Made by a program: the position numbers and the translations under genes. The notes under the pieces were generated by a model. It ran no database searches and was not told the DNA's origin. It saw nothing but the letters and a program-made list of their open reading frames with translations. From Squalus acanthias (lineage: Eukaryota): a stretch of DNA of 64,000 bases. Every line of letters begins with the position of its first letter. Position 1 is the stretch's first letter. Shown one piece after another: positions 26,641 through 39,399 of this stretch. The stretch covers positions 127,784,001 through 127,848,000 of the forward strand of contig CM059431.1 in NCBI GenBank assembly GCA_030390025.1, written 5' to 3'.

Positions 26641-27840
26641 AAATTGGGGGGAAAAAACACAATTAATCAGATTGCTGCAAAATAAACCACACACACACAA
26701 ATTTGCATTTTGGTTTACAGATCAAGAACTTTCAAAACCAGCTTTCCAGTGCTTTACAAGTACTTTAACAAGATATAAAACAAATCATTAGGGTTATAGA
26801 CTGAATAATTGTGGTTGTGCCTAAATGGCTCATTACACAGTTGAGGGAAGCTATATTTGAACATGTCCTGTAGGTGTGTTTTGAAATTCATTGTTGGACT
26901 TAATAATTTTCACCCTTTTCTGCTGGTCCTTATGTGATTTTTACATCTTCATCCTAACCCCAGCAGCTAATCTTCACCATTGAGTTGGGTGAATTACATA
27001 TAATCTAAACATTATATAACATTGGGCTATCACAATATAAATCACAGTACATGAGGAGACGCTAGCCTAGAAATTACTTTTGGTATTAAGCCTACCGTGC
27101 ATGCTATTGGAGTGCAATGATTTAGTAAAATCTAGAGTGAGCAATAGCTCACGTTTTACCAATCTGTTGTCAATCAATCCCAAATTGTTGCTAAGGTGAA
27201 GAGACTTCTGTGCACAAACATGCAGAACTAGTCAATTATGAAAGCTCAGCTTGTTATTGCAAGTATAATTGCTCATTAAGAGAGAAGTACATCAAATTGC
27301 GATGGTCACACATTACATCGCAATACATTCCTGCCGACCATATGAAGCGGATATTGCAGCTGAGCCATGATGCAGAAGGAAACTGCACCATTTTGGACTT
27401 TGTTGAGGTAGACCATCAAGAACATGGAAATGCTGCAAGAGATGTTAGGTGACACCAAAGATGTACTGTCTGGACCCACTGGTTATACGTCTCAGGCAGA
27501 GTTGTACAGGATTGACTAAAGAGCAGCACATTAGAGGGAGGCAGTTACAGTGCTGTGCCAGTTTTTTTTCCAGAAGACTTCCAGACAATATATGCAATGT
27601 GGACAGCATTGGTAGTAGCCATCAAGGTCACAACACCTTCTGTGCCGTTATTACTCTATGACCTCTCAATTTTATGTGCCCAGCTCATTTCAGGGTAGCA
27701 CAAATGTACCAAGGAAGTGGCAGATGCATTATCTTTAGTAACGTTAATGCCTTCATTATGTTTGTTACTGAACAACAGCATGAGATAGCTACCCAGATCT
27801 ACAGGGCTGTTGGCTTTCCAAGAATGTATGGTCATCATTT

Positions 27841-28222
27841 AAAAAAAAATATTATTTATTCTTGGGATATGGACATTGCTGGCATTTATCCCTAGTTGCC
27901 CTGAAAATGTTCAATACAACTGAGTGGCTTGCTAGCCCACTTGAGAGGGCAGTTAAATTGATGTGGAACTGGAGTCAGATATAGGCCAGCCAGCAGGTTT
28001 GTGTCCCTGAAGGACATTAATGAACCAGTTGGGTTTTATATGACAATCTGACAGCTTCATGTTCACTTTTAGTGATACCAGCCTTTTATTTCCAGATTTT
28101 TTTGGAACTGAATTCAAATTCTCAAACTGTCCATGGTGGGATTTTGAACTCCTGTTCTACAGGATTATTGGTCCAGGTTTCTAGAATACTAGTCCAATAA
28201 CATAACCACGACTCTACCTTAC
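27841..28222 (-). mobile_element. tRNA-derived SINE with tail of the 42265-43361 LINE family
   Basis: Homologous to 38280-38725; head GTGGTTATGTTATTGGACTAG...GAGTTCAAAATCCCACC. Confidence 0.7.
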
Positions 28223-28304
28223 CCCTGTTACACCCATGTGGCAATTTGAGCTCTTGTGCATAATTCTGTGGCCTACATGGAAAGGGATTTATGCACAGAG
28301 TCAT

Positions 28305-28628
28305 GGGGGAAAAATTCAGTTGGTTTGCGCCTCCCGTTAGCACCTTAAGAGGGCGCTAATGGGGCGCAAAGCAACTAGCGCCCGTGTGCGGCGATGTTTG
28401 CGCCACTCACGAAATTAACTAGACATTTTGCGGCGGCGCTAAACACTACCACCACGATCTCCTGCACCGGCAGATCGTGACGTCAGTCGAGTGCGCAACG
28501 CCCTCGACCGGATATTGAGTGGCAATCCCTGCCTTATCGCCTGCCGCTAACAATGACAGGTTGAGGGGAGCGTTTTGCAGTCAGGAAGGGACTGGGGGAG
28601 CGCTATTTAAAGGTGACCGTTTCCTGCC

Positions 28629-28674
<46 letters not shown>

Positions 28675-29187
28675 CTGACTGACTTCTGGAGCGATTCAAC
28701 GCTGTGTGAAGGAGTTTTGCGTACTGAGCAGCACTTTGCAGGTTCATTTTGATTTGCCCTTCCTTGTATCAATTTCGAAGAGACTGTGGGGGCTGCACTC
28801 TGAGCTCTTTCCCTGGGGGTCTCCATTGTTCTTTCCAGCAGATTTGATGTACAGGTCTCTCCAGGCCGAGATTCAATGCTGCAATGAGCAGGATGTGGAT
28901 GGAGAGCAAGATCAACCCTCCCCTTTAAGAACTGGCTGGCGCCATTGTGTCTGTGTTCCATTGCTGACTGACATCATATGAGCTTCGCCAGTGCTCTGAG
29001 GTAGCGCCTCGCTCCTCGGCCTTTGCGCCTTGAGACAGTTGTGAAGCGCCTGATTTAGCACTCCAATCACCTCCAGGGGCGATAAAAGCCAAGTTTGCAG
29101 TCGGAGGTGATAATTAGCGCCAGGCGCTAATCTTTGCGGCCGGCCGACAATTGCACCCCAAATGGGGCGACACTGAATTTTTCCCCC
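28305..29187. mobile_element. Harbinger MITE, family B copy 2
   Basis: TIR GGGGGAAAAATTCAG...CTGAATTTTTCCCCC; colinear with 14389-15279; internal (GT)n at 28637-28672. Confidence 0.88.
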
Positions 29188-29274
29188 ATGTAGTTCAGTG
29201 CCCATTTCCGTAGCTGCAACCATAATACCTTTATTTTATGCCAATCATCTATGTCAACATTATTTGAAAAACAT

Positions 29275-29750
29275 TGGTTAGGCCGCAGTTAGAGCACAGT
29301 GTGAAGTTTTGGGCACCCCTTTTTAGAAAGGAAATTAAAGCCATATAGAGTATTGAGTGTAGATTCACCATGATGGTACCAGGGATGGGATACTACAGTT
29401 ATGAGGGGGAGACTTGAAATACTAGGATTATTGCTATTGGGACAGAGAAGGCTGAGAGAAGATTTAATAGAGGTTTCTAAAATTATGAAGTTTTCTCTCG
29501 TTGGGGAATCGATAAAAACAATCACAGAGAGTGAGAAGAGGGAGGGGGGGGGCGCGTTGGAGCAATGTTCTCTTTAAGCTGCGCACAGACAGCATCATGT
29601 CTTGAAAAGAAAATTGGATAAATACTTGAAGCAGCAAAAGGTTTAAGGTTATGGGGAGATTGCAGGACAATGGGATTAGATTTGGAATGCACCACCAAAA
29701 AGCCAGCTCAACTACAATGGACCAAATAGCTTCCTTCTGTGCTGTAAATG
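29275..29750 (+). mobile_element. Degenerate CR1 3' fragment
   Basis: GGTTAGGCCGCAGTTAGAG and GCTGAGAGAAGATTTAATAGAGG, ending CCTTCTGTGCTGTAA. Confidence 0.7.
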
Positions 29751-30519
29751 TCTGCGGTTCTATGGAGCAAAGACTGGAAGGATGGTTCCTGGGAGCCCAA
29801 GGCTATCTCTTGCTGCCATGGCTAATGGAATCCTTGTACCAACAGACAGAAGCAGAGCTCAGAGAACAAGGTTCATAGAGTATTAGCAAGGTTATTATAG
29901 GGCTTACAATTGGCATTTAAAGTAGCATTTTGGTTGCTTCAAGAGACTGGGGACACATTGCAAAACTCAGAAATATCATAACCACCTGCTGCATAATTTT
30001 GTTCTACAAAATGGCTTCACCATGAAGCAGAACCCTGAAGCCAGTAACAACAATGCAGCATGGAAAGCTGGCACCCCAGTCACCCAATAGAAGCCACATT
30101 CTAATAAATGCCTGAGCTGCCCCATTTCTGAAATCTTCTGCCCACAAAATAAAATGCCCCAAAAGATCTTCTGCTGCACTTTATTGTGTATTTCCTCCAC
30201 CTCGCTATCAACATCCTCTGGGAATTATGCCATTCGCTCTTGGTGGAGTCTACCTCAGAGACATTGGCAATGTTTTCACTCTGTTGCTTCATCCTGAGAA
30301 AACAGAAACAAATATCACAATACTTACTATGTTCCCCATGTTCAAGCACTACTCTCTTTGAATGATACTATCTAGGGAATTTTCACAATGCTCCTGCAGT
30401 GGATGGAAATGGAACATAGCTGGGATTTATGCTCACTGGAGTTACATGTGCCTGACTGTGTTGCATCTTCCTGGATCAGGGCTATTTAAATACTCATGGT
30501 ACGCTTCTTGTATACAGTC

Positions 30520-31860
30520 ATAGAATCATACGGCACAGAAGGAGGCCATTCGGCCCATCGAGTATGTGCCAGCTCTCTGTAGAGCAATCCAGTCAATCCC
30601 ATTCCCCCATTCTATCCCTGTAGCCCTGCAAGTTTATTTCCCTCAAGTGCCTATCCAGTCTCCACTTGAAAATATTGAGTGTCTCTGTTTCCATCACTTC
30701 CGTCGGCAACGAGTTCCAGGTCCTCGCCACTCGCTGCGTAAAAATGTTTTTCCTCACATACCCCCTGTATCTCTTGCCCAAAACCTTAAATCTGTGTCCC
30801 CTAGTCCTTGTACCATCAACTAGTGGGAACAGCCTTTCCCCGTCTAGCCTATCCAAACCTGTCACAATCTTGTACACCTCTATCAAATCACCCCTCAACC
30901 TCCTTTTCTCTAATGAAAACAAATCCAGCTTCTCCAACCTGTCCTTGTAGCTTAGATCCCCGATCCCCGGAACCATTCTGGTAAATCTCCTCTGCACCCT
31001 CTCAAGGGCCTTCACGTCCTTCCTAAAGTGTGGTGACCAGAACTGGACGCAATACTCCAGTTGTGGCCTAACCAGCGCTTTATAAAGGTTCAGCATAACT
31101 TCTCTACTTTTGTACTCAATACCCTTATTTATGAAGCCCAAGATCCCATATGCTTTGTTAACCACTCTCTCAATATGTCCTGCCACCTTCAGGGACCTAT
31201 GCACATTAACTCCCAGGTCCCTCTCTCCCTGCACACTCTTTAAAACTGTGTCATTAAGTGTATATTGCCTCTCCCTGTTCCTTCTGCCAAAATGCATCAC
31301 CTCACACTTCTCTGTATTAAATTCCATCTGCCACTTGTCTGCCCATTCTGCTAGCCTTTCTATGTCCTGTTGCAGTCGATTGGTATCATCCTCACTGTTT
31401 GCCACACCCCCAAGTTTGGTGTCATCGGCAAATTTAGAAATTCTACTCTGTATTCCAATATCCAGGTCATTTATATATATATCAAAAAAAGCAGTGGTCC
31501 CAGCACTGACCCTTGGAGAACACCACTGTCTACCATCCTCCAGTCTGAAAAACAGCCATTTACCACAACTCGCTATTTTCTGTCCTTAAGCCAATTCCTT
31601 ATCCAAGCTGCCACTGACCCACCTATTCCATGAGCCTCAATTTTGTTAACCAGCCTTCTATGTGGTACTTTGTCAAACGCCTTCCTAAATACCATGTAGA
31701 CAACATCCATTGCATTCCCTTCATCAATCCTCTCTGTTACTTCATCAGGCTAACTGGTCTGTAGTTCCCTGTTTTCTCTCTCCTTCCTTTCTTAAATCGT
31801 GGGGTTACATTTGCTACCTTCCAATCCACGGGAACCGTTCTAGAATCTATGGAATTTTGG
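30520..31860 (-). mobile_element. CR1 LINE 3' fragment with internal deletions
   Basis: 270-aa ORF 30593-31405 with CR1 ORF2 C-terminal motifs; KFADD just upstream; CATAGAAT tail. Confidence 0.92.
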
Positions 31861-32215
31861 GAGGCCATTCCCCATCGAGTCTGTGCCGGCTCTTTTGATG
31901 AGCCATTCAGTCAGTCCCACTCCCCTGCTCTTTCCTCATATCCCTGCAATTTTTTCTCCTTGAAGTATTTATCCCAATTCCCTTTTGAAGGCTACTATTG
32001 AATCTGCATCCACCACCCTATCAGGAAGTGCATTCCAAATCCTAACCATTCGCTGCGTAAAAAAGTTTTCCCTCATGTTGCCTTTGGTTCTTTTGCCAAT
32101 CAGCTTAAACCTGTGCCCTCTGGTTATCGACCCTTCAGCCATTGGATACAGTTTCTCTTTATTTACTCTATCCAAACCCTTCATGATTTTAAACACCTCT
32201 ATCAAATCTCCTCTT
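31861..32215 (-). mobile_element. CR1 3' fragment
   Basis: RGDLIEVFKIMKG...TRGH...FFTQR. Confidence 0.85.
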
Positions 32216-32644
32216 TCTGTATACATTATCACCAAGGGCATGCACTGGAGAAAAACATACTAAAGTACACATAAACTGAGCAGATTGGAGGGAAATAAAT
32301 TAGTCTCAAGTCATCTTCAGAAAGTTATTTTCTGCTGTTGAAAATGTAGGTACTAGTAAATGCTGCCTTTCATCCTGCTTTAGCATACAGTGATTGAGAT
32401 GTTTTCAGAGCACCCCCACAGCATTAAGGTAATATTGACATATCAATGGCCACTGGACTCTGTAACTTCCAGTTCGAAGCAGTTACACATCCAAAGATGG
32501 AATGCACCTTGGTATTTTGGGAGACGCTTTATAGATCCCTTTTCAACTGAAATTTAAAAATAATTTATTTACAGTCAGTTTCTCTGATATTAGTAACAAT
32601 AATAACAGAAATATTTCTTTTGTGATTTGATCAGGGAAAAACAT

Positions 32645-35600
32645 ATCGAAATGGGCAGAAGCATGGCAGATGGAGTTCAGTGCGGAGAAGTGTGAAGTGA
32701 TGCACTTTGGGAGGACTAATATAGAAAGACAGTATACTATAAATGTCACGATTTTGAAAAGTGTAGATCGGCAGAGAGACCTCATTGTCCATACACACAA
32801 ATCCTTAAAGCTGGCAGGTCAAGTTGATAAGGTGGTTAAAAAAGTTACTTGGGTTTAAAAATAGAGGAATAGAAAATAAATGCAAAGAAATCATGCTGGA
32901 ACTTTATAAATCACTGGTTAGGCCTCAGCTGGAGTATTGTGGACAATTCTGGGCATCACATTTCAGGAAAGATGTAAAGACCTTAGAAAGGGTGCAGAGG
33001 AGGTTTACCAGGATGTTACCAGGGATGAGGGACTTCAGTTATGAGGAGAGGTTGGAAAAGTTAGGGGGGAGAAATTTGGTTGGTTAGCGCCTCCCGTTCG
33101 TGCCTGGCGGGGGCACTAACAGGTTGCTAATGAAGTAGCGCCGGGGCGAATCCCACGTCACACACCAAATCCAGTCGCCCCTTAGCACTGCCGCTAATAG
33201 TTAGTGCCCTGGAGCTTTTGCACCAGGCAGATCGTGACATCAGTGACCATGCAATGCTCACTGAGTGCCCGATCTGCCAAATTGATTATCGCCCCCTGCT
33301 TTAGCACCTCGCCTCGACAACGACTGGAAGAGGAGGCGTGAGGCAGACGGATGGAGGCTACAGGGGCGCGATTTAAAGGGATCAGTCGCAGCTGTCAGGT
33401 TAGTGCTGTTTCACTGCTTCCTTGTCAGTGTGCGATTGTGCAAGAGTTTAATTCAGTCATTTAAATTATCTTTTTAGTATCAGGAGTGTTGTGGCTACTA
33501 AAAATTTGTTACATTTATTCTGAAAAAATTTCCAAGTGCTACACATCGTTACATTAATGGGGACTGTGCTGGCAGTCAACCTGTGCCACCTCCTGCAACC
33601 AGACCACGAGCCTCAGATCAAGTCAACCACGGCTCAGTGGCAGTCAAGGTCACCGTCGCCCTCAATATCTTCGACAGCGGTTCCTTCCAGTCTGTAACAG
33701 GAGATATAGCAAACATCTCGCAGTTCACCGTACATCGTTGCATCCAGGAGGTCACAGAGGCTCTCTACAGTAGGAGAAGGGACTACATTTCCTTCAACAT
33801 CACCATAGAGAAGCAGGATGACCATGCATCTGACTTCTGGAAAAGCGTTCCATGACCGCCTCATCAGACTGCAGTTCCAATAAATTAAACCCCAGATCCC
33901 CGTTGTTCAACTCATCCCCATCATTCCATCCCTGTAGCAGGCCATATCAAAGTGCAAAGCTGAAATGAGAGACACCACAAAATCATTTAAAAGCCAATTA
34001 ATCAATTTATTAATAATCAGTGAAAAAATATTTACAATAACAATATTAACTATTCACCATTATGTAATCCCTTAGTGCCCCTCATTACAGTGCCTTTGCC
34101 TACTCTAGTGCTCCTATGAAGTGTTGGCCCAGTGGCTGCAGCAAGGCTGATGGAAGGTTGCTGGGTGTCCATGCGGGAGACTTCAGATGGCCTTTGCAGG
34201 ACGCCCTCGACAAGCTCTGGACCTGGAATGCTCGGCTGTAGACTGCACCACCTCAGCATGGGCGGCAGCAGTCAGGGCTGGCTGGATGACAGGCAGCGAC
34301 ATGGGCAATGGTGGAGTGCCAGTGGTGGGAGCAGGAATGCTGTCCTCCTCAGAGAACCGAAGCTTCCTGCTCCACTGACCCACTGCCACTCCCCCAGGGC
34401 AGCACCTCAGCGTCACTACCAATCTGCTGGAGCACAGATTGCTAGCCTGCTGCGACACCGTGAAAGCCCTGGTGGATGTTAGTCGACCCAGCCACGATGC
34501 CAGCCCTCAGAGCTTGCGTGGCATCAAGCTGAGACAGCAAGAGAGCAGTCTGAGAATCGAAGGCACAAAGCATAGACTGCATTTCAGCACAAAGACATTG
34601 CGTGGCTTCCACCTGTGCTGCAATGGAAGCTGTGACATCGCCCATCACACGCAGCATCAGGACTGGGTCGCTACGGTCTCTCTGGGACTTCACCATCCTT
34701 TGCAGACTGCAAATGATGGGCTCCATGGTATGCGCAGAGCTCTGTGCAATGTTGGAGGCGGACTCCTCCATGCTCCTTACCATTGCTGACAGGCTCTCGG
34801 GCAGCCTTGCCATTGCACCTATCATCTCCGTGTGCATGCCCATCACCCTTCTTCTAAAGGTCTCCCCATTAAGGTCCTCAGCTGAGACCTGTGCGGCAGA
34901 ACTTGCGCACGAACTCGTCCTCCAGGGAGATGACTCCTGAGCTACCCTTTCCCCCTGGCCTTGCTGCAGCCTGCTTGTCCCTGGTGCATCACCCTGTGCA
35001 AATCCCGCTACTATACTAGCCTCTGAAGAACGCGTAGTGCCAGTATCTGAGCTGGTGCCTGCGGGTGAGACATGCAGTGACGCGGTGTGTTCTCGTCCTC
35101 CTCTTTGGTTCCATCAGAGACAGGCTGCTCAGCTTCTTGCTCATTATCTGAAAGCATAAAGGCACAAGAGTCGGGTTAAAGTGAGGGGAGGGGGGCAGGA
35201 AGGGAGAAAGGCTTGCATGCAGCATGATTAGCTGGAAAGTGGGAAAGGTTTGTGGGTGAGGGGGAAGTGGGATGTGAGAAGAAGGAGTTGGGATGAACAT
35301 ACCGTTGTTGTTCCCAAGGGGGTTAACGTCACTGGTGGCCACGGCGCCCACCACCTGGCGCCCAATGATTTGCAGCACTCTTTCCTCCAGCGCAGACAGT
35401 GGTTGGGTGTCAGGTTGTCCCCCGCCTGTGCACTCCTGCTCCCTCCTGTTGTGAGCCACCTTGGCCTGCAAGAGAAAGGAAAGTGTGTGAGTGAGTGTGG
35501 AGCAATGGGTTTGGGAGATGTGCCTGCCATAGTTGAATAGCTGTCATTTTGTGCAAGGTGTGATATATGGGTGTGAGTGTTAGTAGGTGGAGATTGTTGG

Positions 35601-36670
35601 TGGGTGAGTGCTTGGGGGTGTGGCGTTTTGGGCAGTGTGTGCAGACTGAGGTTCAGATGGTGGTATGTAGCATTAGTTGAAGCATTGACTCACCCTGACC
35701 AATTTCTTCCTGCACTGTGTGTGGGTCCTGAGGACCACAGAGCTGCCCGAGACCTGCTGCGCTACCTCCCTCCACACGGCGCGGAAGACTTGCGGCGAGG
35801 GCCTCCTGCCACTTGCCGGGTACAGCACCACCCTCCATCTCTCCACAGCGAAGACAAACGCCTACAATGCCTGATCACAGAATCTGCGAGCTCTCTCCCT
35901 GGGCCGTTGATCTGCCATAATGACACCTCCTTCAGTAGTCCGGTTCCTTCTCCTTGGCCTTCTGCTGCTTGATGAGACAGCTGCAGAACCAGCAATGCTA
36001 AGAATGAGGTTCTGCAGCATGATTGAAGCTCCCCTTTAAGAACTGGAATGATGACTTGCGATTAGACTGCACCTGAAAAATGTAAGCACTTTGAGCCGAA
36101 CTCCACTGAGCTAGGCCGTTAGCACTTGATTTAGCGCTCCCATCCTTTCTTTGAGCGATGACACTGAATTTTGTGTGCAGTGAGATTCGTTAGCGCCTGG
36201 CGCTAAATCTCAAACTTTTCCGAAGTCAGTGCCCATTCCTGGGTGATAATGAATTTTGCCCCCTAGGACTGTTCTCCTTGGAACAGCGAAGGTTAAGAGG
36301 TGACGTAAAAGAGGTTTTCAAGATGATTAGAGGTTTTAATAGAGTAGATCATGAAAAACTATTCCCTCTGGCGAATGGATCAATAACCCGTGGTCATAGA
36401 TTTAAAATCGTTGGCAAATGATCTAGAGGAGAGATGAGCACATTTTTTTTCACTCAGAGAGTTGCTGAGATCTGGAACGCTCTACCTGAAAAGGTGATGG
36501 CAGCTGATTCCATAAATAATTTTGACAGGGAGTTGGACAGGTATTTGAGGATGAAGGACTTACAGGGTTACGGACAAATAGCGGAGGTGTGGTACTAAGC
36601 ATGACTACTCTTTCAAAGAGCTAGCACAGGCATGATGAGCCGAATGGCCTCGTTCTGTGCTGTAACTTTG
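32645..36670 (+). mobile_element. CR1 3' fragment split by Harbinger F (32645-33064 and 36264-36670)
   Basis: YEERLEKL|GLFSLEQRRLRGD is contiguous once element F is removed. Confidence 0.88.
33065..36263. mobile_element. Harbinger element F: transposase with two large deletions (+, 33557-33893) and 3-exon Myb gene (-, 35918-~34050)
   Basis: TIR GGGGGAGAAATT...AATTTTGCCCCC; TSD TAG/TAG confirmed by host CR1 frame; colinear with 52090-59451. Confidence 0.9.
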
Positions 36671-36794
36671 AAATTTCCACGAAGAATCCATGTTGATTCA
36701 TTTTTAATAAAATAAGAAGTCCATGCTAAATTGCAATTAAACTAGCCTGTGTTTTGAATTAGCCACACAATTTACCTTGAACGTTTGAATGGAA

Positions 36795-37180
36795 TTTTTT
36801 TTTCATTCATTCTCGGGATGTGGGCATCGCTGGCAAGGCCAGCATTTATTGTGCTTCCCTAATTGTCCTTGATAGGGTGGTGGTGAGCCGCCTTCCTGAA
36901 CCGTTGCAGTTTGTGTGGTACAGGTAGGCCCATAGTGCTACCAGGTAGGGAGTTTCAAGTTGTGGAGGGAGTGAATGTTTAAGGTGGTGGATGGAGTGCC
37001 AATCAAGTAGCTGCTTTGTCCTGGATGGTGTCGAGCTGGGTATTCTGCGGAGAGCGACTCACCTCCTCACTCCCCAATGCCTTTCCACCATCTACAAACC
37101 ACAAGTCAGGAGTGTGATGGAATACTCTCCACTTGCCTGGATGAGTGCAGCTCCAACACCACTCAAGAAGCTCGACACTT
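36795..37180 (-). mobile_element. LINE 3' fragment (family of 42265-43361) with inverted 5' segment
   Basis: 36795-37037 follows 42265-42710 with a deletion; 37038-37180 is the reverse complement of 42701-42845. Confidence 0.8.
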
Positions 37181-38279
37181 ATTAATTATTGATGGTTTAT
37201 TTTAATAGATCTCTTCCTTTGTGGCATCTTTTCCTGATATCTGGCATAATCCTGAACAATATATTCACCCACTTTGCCAGCTTCTCACAAGATATCTGTA
37301 CCAGGTATTTCTAGGGGACTGGAAATGGTTATTAGCTGCGCAAAATGTCTCCCTCCACTCCTGGATTCCTTATAGCCACACTTTCAACACCTAAGCTGTA
37401 AGCATGGCTTTTTTCATTGGTACTCAATACTACAACAATTTTGCTAAATTGACATCTAGCTTGGCCTTCCCAGTGCTTTTCAGATGTTTATAGTCTTTCT
37501 AATTGCAGTTCACAGCTGATTAAGAGGATTAGTGTTTCTTCCTTTTCATTGGCTAGCTAAAATGTCTCTTAGCCTTCCGTGGCCTTGCTCCCACCCCACT
37601 CCACAAGTAGCAGGAGTGATCTCCTGGACCGCACAAGAAAATCTAGCGCACACCTTTCCTCGACTACAATTCACTCGCCGCTGACCTCGAAGAAAGTTGC
37701 CCACAAAGATCTAGCAATCACTGTGGCATCGATTTCAGCTCTCCCGACCTTTGTTTGAATCTGGCGCCAAATCAAGTGAATCTCCAGTGTGCAGCAACAG
37801 TGATCTCATCAAGCTGGCTATGCAGACAATTACATTGAAGAATTCTCATAGACAGCAAACCAAGAAGTAAAATGCACAGATTCTAATTTACCTTTTTTAA
37901 TAAATTTTACATAGATCGAAATAAAGATTGGGGCATACACATAGGATTAAGGTAGAAGCTGATTTATCATAAACAAGCTTAAAATATATATATTATTTTG
38001 AAAACCATGTCATCTTTAATCATAATAATGGAAAAATTTGACATTCCACAAATACAAAATTAGTTTTTCAGGGCCAGAACGGTTGTTCAGCAATCAATAC
38101 ACTGTTAAAATCCCAGTTACACTTCTTTCAACAAGGCTTAACTTTTTTGGGCTGGGGGGTGTTAACAGTGATATTCCAGTGTAATATGTGATTTCAATTG
38201 ATTGACAGCTCGGGAGTTCCACAGCACAACCTGTGGCAGAGCAGGCAATGACTGACTGCAACTTCAGGATTTCAATGTT

Positions 38280-38725
38280 TTTTTTATTAGTTCCTGGGAT
38301 GTGGGCGTTGCTGGCAAGGCCAGCATTTATTGCCCATCCCTAATTGCCCTTGAGAAGGTGGTGGTGAACCACTGTATACTTCTTTGTAGAAGTTTGGTAC
38401 AACTGAGTGGCTTGCTAGGCCATTTCAGAGAGCAGTTAAGAGTCAACCACATTGCTGTGGGTCTGGAGTCACATATCAGCCAGATCAGGTAAGAAGGACA
38501 GCAGATTTCCTTCCCTAAAGGACATTAGTGAACCAGATGAGTTTTTATGACAATCCGATAGTTTCATGGTCACCATTACTGATTCTAGCTTTTTATTCCA
38601 GAATTATTTAATTAACTGAATTTAAATTCCCCAGCTGCCGTGGTGGGATTTGAGCTCACGTCTCCAGATCATTAGTCCAGGCCTCTGGATTATTAGTCCA
38701 GTAACATAACCACTATGTTACCATT
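38280..38725 (-). mobile_element. tRNA-derived SINE with tail of the 42265-43361 LINE family
   Basis: Head CATAGTGGTTATGTTACTGGAC...GAGCTCAAATCCCACC; 3' ~90 bp match the LINE end GGGATGTGGGC..GCTGGCAAGGCCAGCATTTATTGCCC. Confidence 0.75.
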
Positions 38726-39399
38726 CCTGGTATATCTGCACATGCGCTAAATCCTGAAGTTGCTCTCAGTTTCAGAGGGGTAATGACAGCAAACGCTGAC
38801 AGTTTTGCCGTCATTACCACCACAAAAGTATTTTGGCAAATTTTACTTACTACAGTGACAAACATTTAACTTAAAATAATATTACATTTTAAGAGTGTAT
38901 TATACTTTAGTCATTTGCTTAAAGCAAGATTCATTTTGCCTCAGGCTTAAAATCACCAACACTATCTCAAATCCAATTTATAGATTTAGGCAGCAATTGC
39001 CCTCAAGCTGTTTAAACTACCTCATGATAAACTATTGGTTGCATGACTAACCTTTAGTTATAAATTGATTTTTTTTAACTCACTGGGATTGTTTACGTCA
39101 GGAATCAATGAGATTTCAACACTTTAAAATTAGAGATGTGATTTTTTGAATCATGTTTATTTTGTTATCAGTACTTTGCATTTCCTTATGACCAAAGTCT
39201 GTTTAAAATAAAAACAAATATCAATCACTCTCAGAATTATTTACTGAATAACAAATGATCATGTTGGCTCAATTTAACAGTAAGTCAGATGTCTTGCATC
39301 TGAAAGCATGTGCAAGCACTGAAGTAAAATATACTGACATCATTCATCTATCACTTAATTTATTCAAAGTGTTTAATGCATTTAATTTTATATTCTCTT

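Larger units (their letters stand above)
27450..30010 (+). pseudogene. Very old HARBI1-like transposase, split by SINE, MITE B2 and a CR1 fragment
   Basis: Motifs in correct order: FIMF..IYRAVGFPRMYG (27750-27835), THVAI...KGF (28230-28290), GWFLGAQGYLLLPWLM (29780-29830), TIGI..F (29905-29935). Confidence 0.7.

Noticed and set aside
28305..29187. 2-bp AT TSD implying ISL2EU
   Set aside because: Sister elements show clear 3-bp TSDs (CTA, TAG); the G/C-run length is ambiguous here
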